Below the pieces are notes generated by a model. That model saw only the letters and a program-made list of their open reading frames with translations, was not told the DNA's origin and did not search any database. Of a stretch of DNA of 64,000 nt, positions 26,790-41,870 are shown in pieces. How positions within the stretch are numbered: position 1 is the stretch's first letter; each line of letters begins with the position of its first letter. The stretch lies in assembly GCF_009914755.1 (NCBI RefSeq), contig NC_060942.1. One strand, written 5' to 3'. The position numbers and the translations under genes are program-made. Source of the stretch: the human T2T-CHM13v2.0 reference genome, Homo sapiens.

Positions 26790-27930
26790 AGACAGAACAG
26801 AGCCGGGACTGGGTGGGGGCGGAGGTAGGGGGTTGGGGACGGACTGCCATCTTTGCTGTTGGAGACTCAACCGTTCCAGCATGCCTATGGGCTTTGGAGA
26901 GTCCAAATGGTCCAGACAAGAAAGGGATCCCCCAACATAGCACAGCTGCTTTACCAAAACATGGCCAGACTGCTTATTTAAGCAGGACCCCGATCCAATT
27001 CCTCCTCATGGGGCAGGATCTCCTAGCCAGGGCCTTCAGCCACCCCCACCCATATTCTATAGACAGTGCTCTGATCTCTCGCTAGGATGGAGTGCCTGGG
27101 GGAAGAGGTGGGCCACCACCTTTGTTGATTGGACCACACAGCCATTCCAGCCTGCCAACTTTGGGGCATCCAAATGGTCCAGACAGGAAGGGACTCCCAA
27201 GCACAGCACAACTGTTTTCCCAAAGTATAGCCAGGCTGCTTCCTTAAGTGGGACCCCGATCCATTCCTCCCCATTGGGTAAGATCTCATAGCTGGGGCCT
27301 CCAGCCTCCCTTGCCCATATTCTATGGACAGAGTTTTGATTTCTCCCTGGGACGGAGTACCTGGGAGGCGGGGCAGGCTGCCACCTTAGCTGTTTGGGCA
27401 ACTTGGCTATTCCAGCCTGCAGGATTTGGAGGGTCCAAGTCAACTGAGGCATAGGTGGTTCCCCAGCACAGCACAGCTGTTTTTTCAGTGCATGGCCAGA
27501 CTGGTTCTTTAAGTAAAACCCTGATCCATTCTTCCTCACTGGGCAGGTCCTCCCAGCTGGGGCCTCCAGCTATCCCCCACCAGTGTTCTACAGTGAACAG
27601 AGGTTTTAATTTCTCCCTGGGATGGAGTGCCTGGAGGGCAAGGAGGGCCATTACCTTTGCTGCTATACACCTCAGCTGATCCAGCCTGCAGTTCTTAGAG
27701 AGCCCAAACTGATCAGCGGCTGAAGGGATCCCCCAACACAGCACAACTGTTCTACCAAAATGCAGCCAGACTGCTTCTTTAAACAGATCCTAGATCTCGT
27801 TCCTCCTGGCTGGGTGAGATCTCCCAACTGGGGTCTCCAGCAACCTCCTACAGGTGCATTTGGGCGGACAACAGGTCAGTATCCCCTCTACAATGGAGCT
27901 TCCAGAGGGAAGGGGTAGGCTGCTACCTCA
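26790..27930 (+). repeat. Diverged ~270-bp tandem repeat (about 4 units) in the L1 5'UTR
   Basis: Recurring motifs such as gccaYctttgctg, ttccagcctgc, cccc-agcacagcacaRctg and ccagactg at ~26845, 27115, 27380 and 27650. Confidence 0.85.
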
Positions 27931-29095
27931 ATGGTTTCATAGCCTTCACTGGTGATACCTCCAGGTACTGGAAAAACCAAGGTGACTAGGGTCTGGAGCA
28001 GACCCCCAGTAAATTGCAGCAGCCCTACAGAAAAGGGGCTAGACTATTAAAAGAAAAATAAACAAACAACAACAACAACACAAGAATCCCATCCAAAAGT
28101 CAACAACCTTAAATATTGAAAGTCAATAAGCCCACAAAGATGAGAAAGAATCAGCATAAAACACACTTAAAACTCAAAAAGCCAGAGTGCCCTCTTTCAT
28201 CCAAATGACCACAACACCTCCCCAGCAAGGGTTCTGAACTGGGCTGAGGCTGAGATGGCTGAAATGACAGAAACAGGCTTCAGAATGTGGATAAAAATGA
28301 ACTTCAGTGAGCTAAAGGAGCATGTTGCAACCGAAGGCAAGGAAGCCAAGAATCATGATAAAACAATGCAAGAGCTGACAGCCAAAATAGCCAGAATAGA
28401 GAGGAACATAACTGACCTGATAGAGCTGAAAAACACACTACAAGAACTTCACAATGCAATTACAAGCATTAACAGCAGAATAGACCAAGTGGAGAAAAGA
28501 ATCTCAGAGCTTGAAGACTGTCTTTCTGAAATGACAGGTAGACAAGAATAGAGAAAAAAGAATAAAAAGCAATGAACAAAACCTCCAAGAAATATGGGCT
28601 TGTAAAGAGACCAAATCTACAACTGACTGGGGTACCTGAAAGAGATGGGAAGAATGGAATCAATATGGAAAACCTATTTTATGATATCATCCAGGAGAAC
28701 TTCCCCAACCTAGCTAGACAGGCCAAAATTCAAATTCAGGAAATCCAGAGAACCCCAGTAAGATATTCCATGAGAAGATCATCCCCAAGGTACACAATCG
28801 TCAGATTCTCCAAGGTCAAAATGAAAGAAAAAATGTTAAGGGCAGCCAGAGAGAAAGGCTGAGTCATCTACAAAGGGAAGCCCATCAGACTAACAGTGGA
28901 CCTCTCTTAGCACAAATCCTACAAGCCAGAAGGGATTGGGGGCAAATATTCAACATTCTTAAAGAAAAGAAATTCCAGGCCAGGTGAGGTGGCTTACATC
29001 TGTAATCCCAGCACTTTGGGAAGCTGAGGCGGGCAGATCACTTGAGGCCAGGAGTTTGAGACCAATCTGGCCAAAATGGTGAAAGCCTGTCTCTA

Positions 29096-29308
<213 letters not shown>

Positions 29309-31197
29309 TTAGAAGCAAAGGAGAAATAAGATCCTTTTCAGACAACCAAATGCTGAGGGAATTTATTACCACCAGACCTGCCTTACAAGAGGCCCCGAAG
29401 GACTAAATATGGAAGGGAAAACCTGTTATCAGCCACTACAAAAACATACTGAAGTACACAGACCAGTGACACCATGAGGCAACCGCATGAAGAAGTCTGC
29501 AAAATAACCAGCTAGCATCATGATGACAAGAAAAAAAAAGAAAAAAAAAAAAGAGCAGGGGTTGCAATCCTAGTTTCTCACAAAACAGACTTTAGAGATC
29601 AAACAAGATAAACAACGGCATTACATAATGATAAATGGCTCAATTCAACAAGAAGACCTAACTATCCTAAATATATATATGCACCTAATACAACAGCACC
29701 CAGATTCATAAAGCAAGTTCTTAGAGACCTTCAGAGACTTTATCTCCCACACAATAATAGTGGGACACTTTAACACCCCACTGACAATATTAGACAGATC
29801 AACAAGACAGAAAATTTACAAAGATATTCAGGTCCTGATCTCAGCTCTGGATCAAATGGACCTGATAGATATCTGGAGGACTCTCTAACCCAAAACAACA
29901 GAATATACATTCTTCTCATCAGCATATGGCACTTACTCTAAAATTGATCACATAATCGGAAATAAAACACTCCTCAGCAAATGTAAAAGAACCGAAATCA
30001 TAACAAACAGTCTCTTGGACCACACCAGAATCAAATTAGAACCCAAGATTAAGAAATTCACTCAAAACCTTACAACTACATGGAAATTAAACAAGCTGCT
30101 CCTGAATGACTTTTGGGTAAGTAATGAAATTAAGGCAGAAATCAAGTTCTTTGAAACTAATAAGAACAAAGACACAATGTATCAGAATCTCTGGGACGCA
30201 GCTAAAGCAGTGTTAAGAGGGAAATGTATAGGACTAAATGCCCACATCAAAAAGTTAAAAAGATCTCAAGTTGATAACCTAACATTGCAACTAAAAAAAC
30301 TAGATAACCAAGAGCAAACAAACCCCAAAGCTAGCAGAAGATTAAAAAAAAAAATCAAGGTAAGAGCTGAACTGATGGAGATCCAGACACAAAAAAACCT
30401 TCAAAAAATCAAGAAATCCAGGAGCTAGTTTTTTGAAAAAATTAATAAAATAGACTGCTAGCTAGAAAAAGGAATGTTTTTACACTGTTGTTGGGACATG
30501 TAAATTAATTCAACCACTGTGGAAGACAGTGTGGCAATTCCTCAAAGATCTAGAGACAGAAATAGTATTCAACCCAGCAATCCCATTACTGGGTATATGC
30601 CCAAAGAAATGTAAATCATTCTATCATAAAGACACAAGCATGTGTATGTTCATTGCAGCACTATTCACAATAGCAAAGGCATGGAATCAACCTAATGCCC
30701 AACAATAATAGATTGAATAAAGAAAATGTGATATATATACACTATGGAATACTATGCAGCCATAAAAAGGAATGAGATCATGTCCTTTACAGGGACATGG
30801 ATGGAGCCAGAGGCCATTATCCTTAGCAAACTAATGCAGGAACAGAAAACCAAATACCACATGTTCTCACTTATAAGTGGGAGCTAAATGATGAGAACAC
30901 ATGGACACATTGCGGGGAACAACATACACTGGGGCCTATTGGAAGGTTGAGAGTTGGGAGGAGGGAGAGGATCATGAGAAAATCAGAACAGCTAGTGGAT
31001 GCTGGGCTTAATATGTGGGTGATGGGATGATCTGTGCAGCAAACCACCATGGCACACATTTACCTAGGTAACAAATCTGCACATCCAGCACACATACCCC
31101 TGAACTTAAAATAAAAGTTGGAAATACAAAGAAATGTGTAATGTGAAAGGATATCTATGAACTTTTAGTACTTTTTTACATTAAAATACATTGTTCT

Positions 31198-31500
<303 letters not shown>

Positions 31501-33835
31501 AAAATACATTGTTCTATCTATGTGAATGTCTCTTTAACTTATGATGCATAAGTGTGTATCATGCTTTGGTTATTGGAAAATACTGATTCACAGAGTTATG
31601 CATATCTTCTAAATGTACTACATCGAAAATCACATTTATAAATATCAGTATCAATCTCATCTCTAAAGTAAAGTAAGTATTCAGAAGTTGTCAAGCCTCA
31701 TCGTGATGAATAAAACTCTTCAAAACTTTCTTACTAAAAACTTGAATTTTATCCTAGGAAACTGATAAGACCTGTTTTGTTTTTTTTTTAAGTGACAAGC
31801 TCACTTTGTTCATTTTCAAATGTCTGCATAAGTATCTAACTCTAAATAATCAAAATTTGTTCATTTTTTAAACTATTAATTTTTTTTTAGAGATAGGGTT
31901 TCACTCTCTCAGACAGGCTACAGTGCAGTGGCACAATCATAGCTTACTGCAGCCTTGAACTCCTGGGATCAAGCAATCTTTCCAAGTAGCTGCAACTACA
32001 GATGCATACCTAATTTTTAAAAAATTTTATGTAGAGATGAGGTCTCACTTTGTTGCCCAAGCTGGCCTTAAACTCCTGGCTTCAGGAAATCCTCCACCCT
32101 GGCCTCCCAAGATGCTGGGATTACAGGCGTGAGCCACCATGAACAGCCTGTCCATCATTCTTTAAAGTACAAATAGTGTTCCATGAGAAAGGGAGATGGT
32201 TCAGCTAGCAACGCAAAGATTCACACAACTACTTTTTCTTCAAGCTAACCATCTTACTTTGAAGGCAGCAGCAGAAGTGCTTTATGTGTACTTCTCATTT
32301 TGTCATTCTGAATATCAAAAAAAATAGTTACTCAAAGTCAAAACCGAATATAATAATTTACTATGTATACAATGACCTTCTAGAATTAAACTGGATTTTT
32401 TTCATGAAAATGAAAAAGTGGTAAAGAATATAATGTGTATTAAAGGTGGAATACCCTAATCCAAAAATACAAAATCTGAAGTGCTCCAAAATCTGAAACA
32501 TTTTGAGTACTGATGTGATGCCACAGCGGAAAATTCCACACCTGGCTTCATATGACAAGTTGCAATCAAAACACAGTGCACAATACAGTTTATTCAGTGT
32601 TTCCAATGGAAAAAATTCCTCTCAGCCCCCTTCAGCTATATTTTTTCCACACACGCCCAGATTCCCCACCCAAGCATGATCACAAATAATAATAAAATTG
32701 CACATATGCAGGCCAGATGCACCAATACCAGGTACCCCACCGTGCTCTACATGGGCCAAGATCTATGTGTATTACCCACTGGTTTTTGTTTTTGTTTTTT
32801 GCTTAATTCTCTCCTCTGTGGTACAAAAATATTACAGAAAATGTCAAAAAAAAAAAAAAAGCCTACAGCTACCCCTATGGGTAACAGTGATTAAAGAAAA
32901 GAAAGCATTTATGTTTATCTATAGCATAAAAAGTCAAACCGTTGGAAAAACTGGACAGCTGTGTAAGTGTTAAATGAATTACAAGAGTATGGTGTTGGAA
33001 TGACCACTATCTATAACCTGAAGAAACAGAAAAATAAACTGTTGAGGTTTTATGCTGAAAATGATTAACAGAAGTTAAACAAAAATAGAAAAACGCTACA
33101 TAAAGCTAAAAATGAGGATCACAATTATGTATTGAAAGAGTGGATCCACTGGTGTGGCAGTAAACACATGCCTCTTAATGGTATACTGATCAGGAAACAA
33201 GCAAAGATCTATCATGATGAACTGAAAACTGAGGAGGACTGTGAATACTCAACAAGCTGGTTGCAGAAATTTAAGAAACAACATGGCATTAAAATTTTAA
33301 AGCTCTGTGGTGATAAAGTATCTGATGACCACAAAGCAGTGGAAAAAATCATTCACAACTTTGCCAAAGTCATTGCTGATAAAAATCTTATCCCAGAGTT
33401 ACTGCTGATGAAAATCTTATCCCAGAACAAGTCTATAATGCTGATAAAACATCATTGTTTTGGCATTACTGCACCAGAAAGAACCTGACTATAGCTGATG
33501 AAACAGCCCCTAAAAGAATTAAGGATGTCAAGGACGAATAACTGTGTTGGGATGTGCTAATGTAGCAGACATATATAAATATAAACTTGACGTGATAGAC
33601 AAAAACTTGCATTCTTGCTGTTTTCAAGGAGTGAACTCTTACCAGTCCATTATTATGCTAAGAAAAAGTCATGGATCACCAGAGACATCTCTTCAGATTG
33701 GTTTTACAAACATTTTGTACCAGCAGCTCATGCTCACTGCAGGCAAACTACACTGAATGACAACTGAAAGTTTTTTTACTCTTTGACAACAGTTCTGCTC
33801 ATCCTCCAGTTGAAATTCTCTTAAAAAATATGTAT

Positions 33836-34125
33836 AGCCAGGCGCAGTGGCTCACACCTGTAATCCCAGCAGTTTGAGAGGCCAAGGCAGGTAGATCGCC
33901 TGAGGTCAGGAGATCAAGACCAGCCTGGCCAATATGGCGAAACCTCGTCTCTACTAAAAATACAAAAATTAGCCCGGCATAGTGGTGCATGCCTGTAATC
34001 ACAGCTATCTGAGAGGCTGAGGCAGCAGGAGAATCACTTGAACCCGGGAGGTGGAGGTTGCAGTGAGCTGAAATTGCGCCACTTCACTCCAGCCTGGACA
34101 ACAGAGACTCTGTCTCAAAAAACAT
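33836..34125 (+). mobile_element. AluS inside Tigger4
   Basis: Alu dimer. Confidence 0.9.
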
Positions 34126-34517
34126 AGTAATAATAATAGTATTTATGCTATGTATTTTCCTGCAAATGTGACTTCATTAATTCAGCCATTTGACCAGGGT
34201 ATCCTTAGACCAGTGAAATATACATATTTTAAAAACACTTACTTGAGCAGCATGCCAGCAGCAGTGAACAGAGTCATGGGTTAGGAAGGTTTTCAAAGGA
34301 GTTTAGCATAAAGGATGCCATACACGCTGTTGCCGATGCTAGGAACAGTAACTGAAGACACAGTTGTGCATGCCTGGCACAACCTGTGGCCTGTGGCTAT
34401 GTTCAGTCATGATGATGAACAAAATAGTGACTTTGAAGGATTTCATATGTCAAGTGAGGAAAAAAATGACATCTGCCCTCCTTAGATATGCAAAAATACA
34501 ACTTCAGAGTCCATCAC

Positions 34518-35244
34518 TGGTATGGTTTGGATCTGTGTCCCAGCCAAATCTCATGTCAAATCGTAATTTGGAGGTGGGGCCTGGTGGGAGGCGACTGAAT
34601 CATGAGGGTGGCTCCTTCATGAATAGTTTAGCACCATCCCCTAGGTGCTGCTCTCATGACAGCGAGTTCTCACGAGATCTAGTCATTTAAAAGTGTGTGG
34701 CACCTCCCTCCTCACTCTCTCTTGCCCCTGCTCTTCTTATGTGAGACGCCTGCTCCTCCTCTGCCTGTCACCATGATTGGAAGCTTCCTCAGGCCTCCCC
34801 AGAAGCAGAAGCTGTTATGCTTCTGTGATGGTTAATACTGAGTGTCAACTTAATTGGATTGAAGGATACAAAGTATTGATCCTGGGTGTGTCTGTGAGGG
34901 TGTTGCCAAAGGAGGTTAACATTTGAGTCAGTGGGTTGGGAAAGGCAGACCCACCCTTAATCTGGATGGGTACAATCTAATCACCTGCCAGCGTGGCTAG
35001 AATATAAGCTAAGCAGGCAGAAAAATGTGAAAAGAGGAACTGGCCTAGCCTCCCAGCCTACATCTTTCTCCCATGCTGGATGCCTCCTGTTCTTGAACAT
35101 CAGACTTCAAGTTCTTCAGTTCTGGAACTCATACTGGCTCTCCTTGCTCGTCAGCCTGCAGATGGCCTATTGTGGGACCTTGTGATCATGTGAGTTAATA
35201 CTTAATAAACTCATATATACATATATATACACATATACATATAT

Positions 35245-35295
<51 letters not shown>

Positions 35296-35428
35296 TGTAT
35301 TAGTTCTGTCCCTCTAGAGAATCCTAATACAGTTTCCTACACAGAACCTAGGCCAATTAAACCTCTTTTCTTTATAAATTATCCTGCTCGGGTATTTCTT
35401 TATAGCAATGCAAGAACAGCCTAATACA
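34518..35428 (+). mobile_element. MST-type MaLR LTR inside Tigger4, split by MLT2A
   Basis: tggtatggtttggatctg ... cctaataca; TSD atcac/gtcac. Confidence 0.85.
34824..35331 (+). mobile_element. MLT2A (HERV-L) solo LTR with (TA)n expansion
   Basis: tgtgatggttaatactgagtgtcaact ... ctagagaatcctaataca; TSD gcttc/gtttc. Confidence 0.88.
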
Positions 35429-36678
35429 GTCACTTAGCTGGAAGAAGTGGATATCAAAGAAGTTTTTAACATTGATAACGAGGCTCCAGATATTCATTCA
35501 TTGGCTAATGATAAATGCTAAATGGTTCTGAATCAAGGTGACTGTGATAACAGTGACGAAGAAGGTGATGTCGTTAACACTAAAGAAAAAGTGCCTGTAG
35601 ACAACATGGTGAAAATGTGTAATGGGCTTATTGAAGAACTAAAGCAGATGCATTCATAACAGAACAAGAAGTCATGTCCGTTTATAAAATCAAAGAGAGA
35701 CTTCTAACACAAAAACAGTTATTAATGAGGCAGATGACTCTGGAGGAAACCTTTTTAAAAAGCATCCAGCAGAATGCCTCCTTATTCCTAGAGGACCCAC
35801 TTCCTGGTCCCTGAACTGCTTCTGACGTTTCTTCTCACTTAAAAAAAAAAAATTATAGTGCACTGTAACCTTTCAGTCAAATCAGAGCATAGCAGGTGGA
35901 GATTGAAAGCCTGTTGTTGTTTGTTGTTGCTGTTGTTTGACAACTAATGGGCATTCTGGTAATGATACTGTGCTGATTCATTGCCCTGAAAGCATTATTT
36001 TTTCACTGTATTAATGGTATGTCATATTGTTTATTGTTAATTACTTTTATGTGAATACGTGTAAGAAAATGATTGCTCATCAGTAGCATATAAATTCAGT
36101 CAGGAATGCTGGGGGTGTCAAACAACCAGATTGTCCAGTCTGAAATAATGACATCTTTGCTTTCTTATGGCTCAATATACACAACATTTGTTTTATGCAC
36201 AAAATTATTTTAAAATATTTTATAAAATTACCTTCAAGCTATGTTTATAAAGCATAATAAAAAATGAATTTTGTGTTTAAACTTGGGTCTTATTCCCAAT
36301 ATATTTCATTATGTATATACAATTATTCCAAAATATGTAAAAAATCCAAAATCTGAAACATTTCTGGTCCCAAGCATTTTGGATAAGGAATACTGAACCC
36401 ATAGAATAAGTTTAATGCTACTGCCTTGAGTTATATTAAGGTTTCAGTAGCTTTACCCATCATTGCTTTTGCACTGTCAATGCAAATATCCGCACAGTGA
36501 AAAGGGCAAGTACCGTCTTAATATTTTTACTATAGTTTTGTCATTGTCAATCCCTTGAAAGGTTTTTGAGTACCTCCAAAAATGTGTGGGCCACAGTTTG
36601 AAAACTACGGCTTTATTCCAATTATGGATTGAGATTATTTAAAACTGGGTATTATTAGTCCCCATGAGAATAGGTCTA

Positions 36679-37281
36679 TTTTTTTTTTCGAAGAGGCTAA
36701 ATTTTATTTAAGAAATTGTGTATACCAATAACTAAAATCATTTTTTAAAGGCACTCTGATTAAACTGCATTTTTCAGCATTACAGGACACCTTGGACAGT
36801 TTTTACTCTAGATTTCAACATCATCCCACCCTGCTTCTTCCTTCACCAATACTGAAGGAAGTTCATTTTGCTCCCTGCCAGTCAGACAGGCAGATAGGAG
36901 AGGCAGGTATAGACTTTGTTTTCAATAGTTCTTGATTCTTTGATGTGAAGAGTAGTAGCACAGTCATTTAAACTCAATCCCACTTCTCTGCATCTTATAA
37001 AATAAAACAGCTAAAAGGAGTAAAATAAGAAGGCAATGCTTGTGGGATGTAGCGTATATTGGCAGCACAGTCCTCATTACTATTTGCATAATTGTCTCTC
37101 CTGTATAATCATTTCTTTGGAAGGCAGTGGATTTTAGTCTTGTTTTTGTTCTCTTCAATTTTTACTTACTGAATTTATCAATCTCAGCCATACTGGGTTT
37201 GTCACACGTGGTCAGAGAAGAAGCAGAGCAAGGTGCATAAGTGAGTAGAGGCTGATCTGTGCAGAGACCACAGCCAAGTGT
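36679..37281 (-). pseudogene. Full-length processed pseudogene of thymosin beta-4 (TMSB4X-like)
   Basis: Minus strand reads ACG TGT GAC AAA CCC AGT ATG GCT GAG ATT GAT AAA TTC AGT AAG TAA (compare MSDKPDMAEIEKFDKS), then AATCCACTGCCTTCCAAAGAA and a TMSB4X-like 3'UTR (CACAAGCATTGCCTTCTTATTTTAC). Poly(A) remnant at 36679-36688; TSD agaatag(g/a)tctattttt at 36667-36683 and 37282-37298. Confidence 0.93.
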
Positions 37282-38199
37282 AGAATAGATCTATTTTTGG
37301 TTCAATCCTACTTCTGGGCTGTGGCTCTTTGGGTTCTAAACAAAAACTTAGACATTTACCATCACCCCTATACCATAATAGGCTTTGAATTCCAAAGGTC
37401 TATGAAAGGTCTGCTTTACTCCTCACTTAACCTTCCGGGTTTTCCTACTTTTCTTTATCTTGGCACCACAAACCCTCATTCCTTGTTAGTTCTTTACAGT
37501 CAGCATATACATTTAAAAAATATATCTTAGACAAGTATTTCTAGTTGTTTTCAATGGGAGATTTGGTCCAAACTATCAAAACTGCAATCGCTTGCAGCTT
37601 CTAGGCATTAAACTGTTTCTTATGGTTTTTGTTAACTATAAAAATAAACAATGCTTGTGGTAAAAAAAAATTAAAATAATACAGATACAAAGTTTAAAAT
37701 GGTAACTTCTCTGTCCCTACCATGTCGTCCCATTTTCTAATTCCTGGCCTCCTGCAAAGAAATGCACTTTTATAAATTTGGGGTAAGTACTTTCACTCTT
37801 TATACATTTGGATACACATATTTTTAAAAATACACATTTTTAAAAGTATAAATGAGTTCATGCTACATTTTTACTTTTCCTAATTTCTCTCTTACAGAGT
37901 AATCTTTACTTTTTCATGAACTTAATGATAAATAACAATAGTTAACATTTTTTTAAGTCGTTACTCTGTGTCAGGCACAGCCATGGGTGCATTAATGGAC
38001 TATTTCATTTGTTCTTCACTACAATCTTGTGAAGATAAGTATTATCACCATTTTGCAGGTCAGAAAACTGAGTTTTAGTGAAGTGAAATATACCTACCCA
38101 AAGGTACACAGCTGTTGTTATATTTTAGTGAGGATGTTAAATCTGAATGTGTTAATTAAACTTTGTCAACATTTTAACGCTATCATATTTCTGAAGTGT

Positions 38200-38830
38200 A
38201 TACTATCATACAGTGTGACATTTACAAAACGCCTTCTAATGGTATAAACATGCTCTATACCAAAGTCAGTTTCCTGGTTTTTTACTGTATCAGATGTAAC
38301 AAATTGCAGAAACTAAGTGTAGGGTATGAGGGGCCATTCTGTACTGTCCTGTCAAATTTCTGTGAGTCTATAATTATTTAGAAAATAAAAAGTCACTAAA
38401 AACTTACATCAGGTATGATTCCATTTATGTAAAATTTTTGAAATGGCAAAATTATAGAGATGGACAACAGATTAGTAGTTGCCAGGGATGGTAGAGGGAG
38501 AGAGAGATGGGTATGTCTTGCAAGTCAACGCCACAGATCTTTGTGGTTGTGAAACAGCTCTGTATCTTGATTATGATAGTCATTATACCAATCTATACAT
38601 GATAAATTGCATAGGCCTCCCCGCCACATACACACAGGTGTGTATATAAAACTGGCAAAATCTGAAAAAACTCTGTGCATTACACCAATGTCAGTTTCCT
38701 GGTTTTGTTACCATATTATACGTACATAAAATATTACCATTGGAGGAAATGGGGTGAAGGATATAGGAGACCTCTTCTTACCGTATTTGAAACTTCCTGT
38801 CAATCTATAACTATTTCAAAATAAAAAGGA
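38200..38830 (+). mobile_element. Old L1ME-type 3' end fragments
   Basis: Motifs aacagattagtagttgccaggg, aatgtcagtttcctggttt and ttcaaaataaaaa. Confidence 0.65.
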
Positions 38831-39031
38831 AACATAATTTAACGAGTACACCAAAACACTTCTCAAGAAACCACTTTGGACAAATGTTGGTTTATCATAA
38901 TAATGTAAAGTAACCAGTTAGAGTGAATTGTTTTCATTAGGAATTACTGGTTTTTTGCAGTCAAACCAAACTTGTCAAGACTGTAATACTGAAGAAAAGC
39001 AATGGAGGGGCAATAAGTACAAACTGCTTCA

Positions 39032-39199
<168 letters not shown>

Positions 39200-39635
39200 T
39201 TAAGTCAATTAAAATTCTGATTTAAGTATTTGGAATTCAGGGAATCAAATTTTTCCTCTTTTGAGGAAATTATTCTTTTTTTCTTTTTTTTGGTTAAAGT
39301 TGATTTCACCAACTTTAAGATCCTCCCCAGTGGAAAACTGCATATATTAAACAACACATGGAAAGCAATAATAGCTAAACTTACCTGGCTATTACTGCCC
39401 ACCAGGCACCATTTTATGTAATTATGCCCATAAACACATATTAAGCTCAGAATACTCTGCTGCAGATTTTTTAATATTCCCATTTTATTGATAAGGAGAA
39501 AGCGACAGAGTTGTTTCATAGTTAGTAATGTAGCAAGTTGTAAAGAGTTTCTGCTATAGCTAAATTTCCAGACATCTTTTAAGTCTCATACTTTGGGCTT
39601 TTACAAAATTTCTCCAATTAAAAGAATATTATCTG

Positions 39636-40002
<367 letters not shown>

Positions 40003-40279
40003 TTAACGGACCATTTGCTCATCTGCTCTATTTTGCTCACAAGGCAGAAAATATCAGAAGCAACAATATTTTGAAGTTTGCTTTCTTTCCTTCGGTTCAA
40101 ATAACAAGAGTTAACCTGAGAGAGAGAAAGAAAAAGTAGGAAATTTAGAATTTGAAACCAAAGGGAAGGGACTGATATTTAACTTACCACAGTTTCTCCA
40201 ACATGTATGCGATAACAAAAATATCTGATATTTGAAGACCTCATTTTTAAGCCCTAATCTTTGATATTATTTTTATAAC

Positions 40280-40790
<511 letters not shown>

Positions 40791-40978
40791 CACCTTTCCA
40801 TCCTAGGAGCTCAAGAGAGGAGATTCCCACACTTGTGAAAATTACTTTGTTCTTTTTATTTAGGGAGACAGACTTCTAGATTTGGGCCGGAAGTGGGCAG
40901 AGTAAAAGTTAGTAGATTTCCCCTATCTCTGCTGTTCAACTGCCTCTGTTTCATGGTAGCTACAGACGCAAAACTAGG

Positions 40979-41042
40979 GTGTGTGTGTGGGGGTGTGTGT
41001 GTGTGTGTGTGTGTCTCTGTGTGTGTGTGTGTGTGTGTGTGT
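40979..41042. repeat. Interrupted (TG)n microsatellite in PSMA8 intron 1
   Basis: Directly visible. Confidence 0.95.
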
Positions 41043-41298
41043 AGGGACGTTAATGATGTGATTGACAATAGGGAAAGCTTCTAATCTGTAACAGCCTACC
41101 TATTGAACGCTCGTGGTCCAGTTCCTTGGTAGTTCAGAGACCCCTGGAAAAGTTAACAGTTGCTTCATGTTGGGAACTGTTTTTTAATAACAGTTACAAT
41201 AAAAAATAAAAGTTGGCCACACCTGCTCCCCAAATACGGACTAAATCAATATAAAATTAAACTTTTGTTGATGAAGAAATGATTAAAAACACAGTTCA

Positions 41299-41870
<572 letters not shown>

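Larger units (their letters stand above)
32443..36402 (+). mobile_element. Near full-length Tigger4/Zombi (pogo-family) DNA transposon with decayed transposase
   Basis: Both terminal repeats are present (aggtggaataccctaatcc ... ggataaggaatactgaaccc). CENP-B/JRK-like HTH peptide at 33132-33488; DDD-domain motifs NAD (~33437), DN (~33785) and QPFDQG (~34183). Confidence 0.85.

Noticed and set aside
26685-27744. Cluster of mutually similar 70-160 aa ORFs, superficially like a repeat protein or CRISPR-like array
   Set aside because: They are translations of the diverged tandem units in the L1 5'UTR; there is no repeat-spacer structure.
33132-33756. JRK/TIGD-like ORFs as a possible domesticated transposase gene
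   Set aside because: They lie between transposon termini and carry stops, frameshifts and Alu/LTR insertions.
36964-37158. 64-aa minus-strand ORF with a hydrophobic stretch
   Set aside because: Frameshifted read-through of the thymosin beta-4 pseudogene into its 3'UTR.
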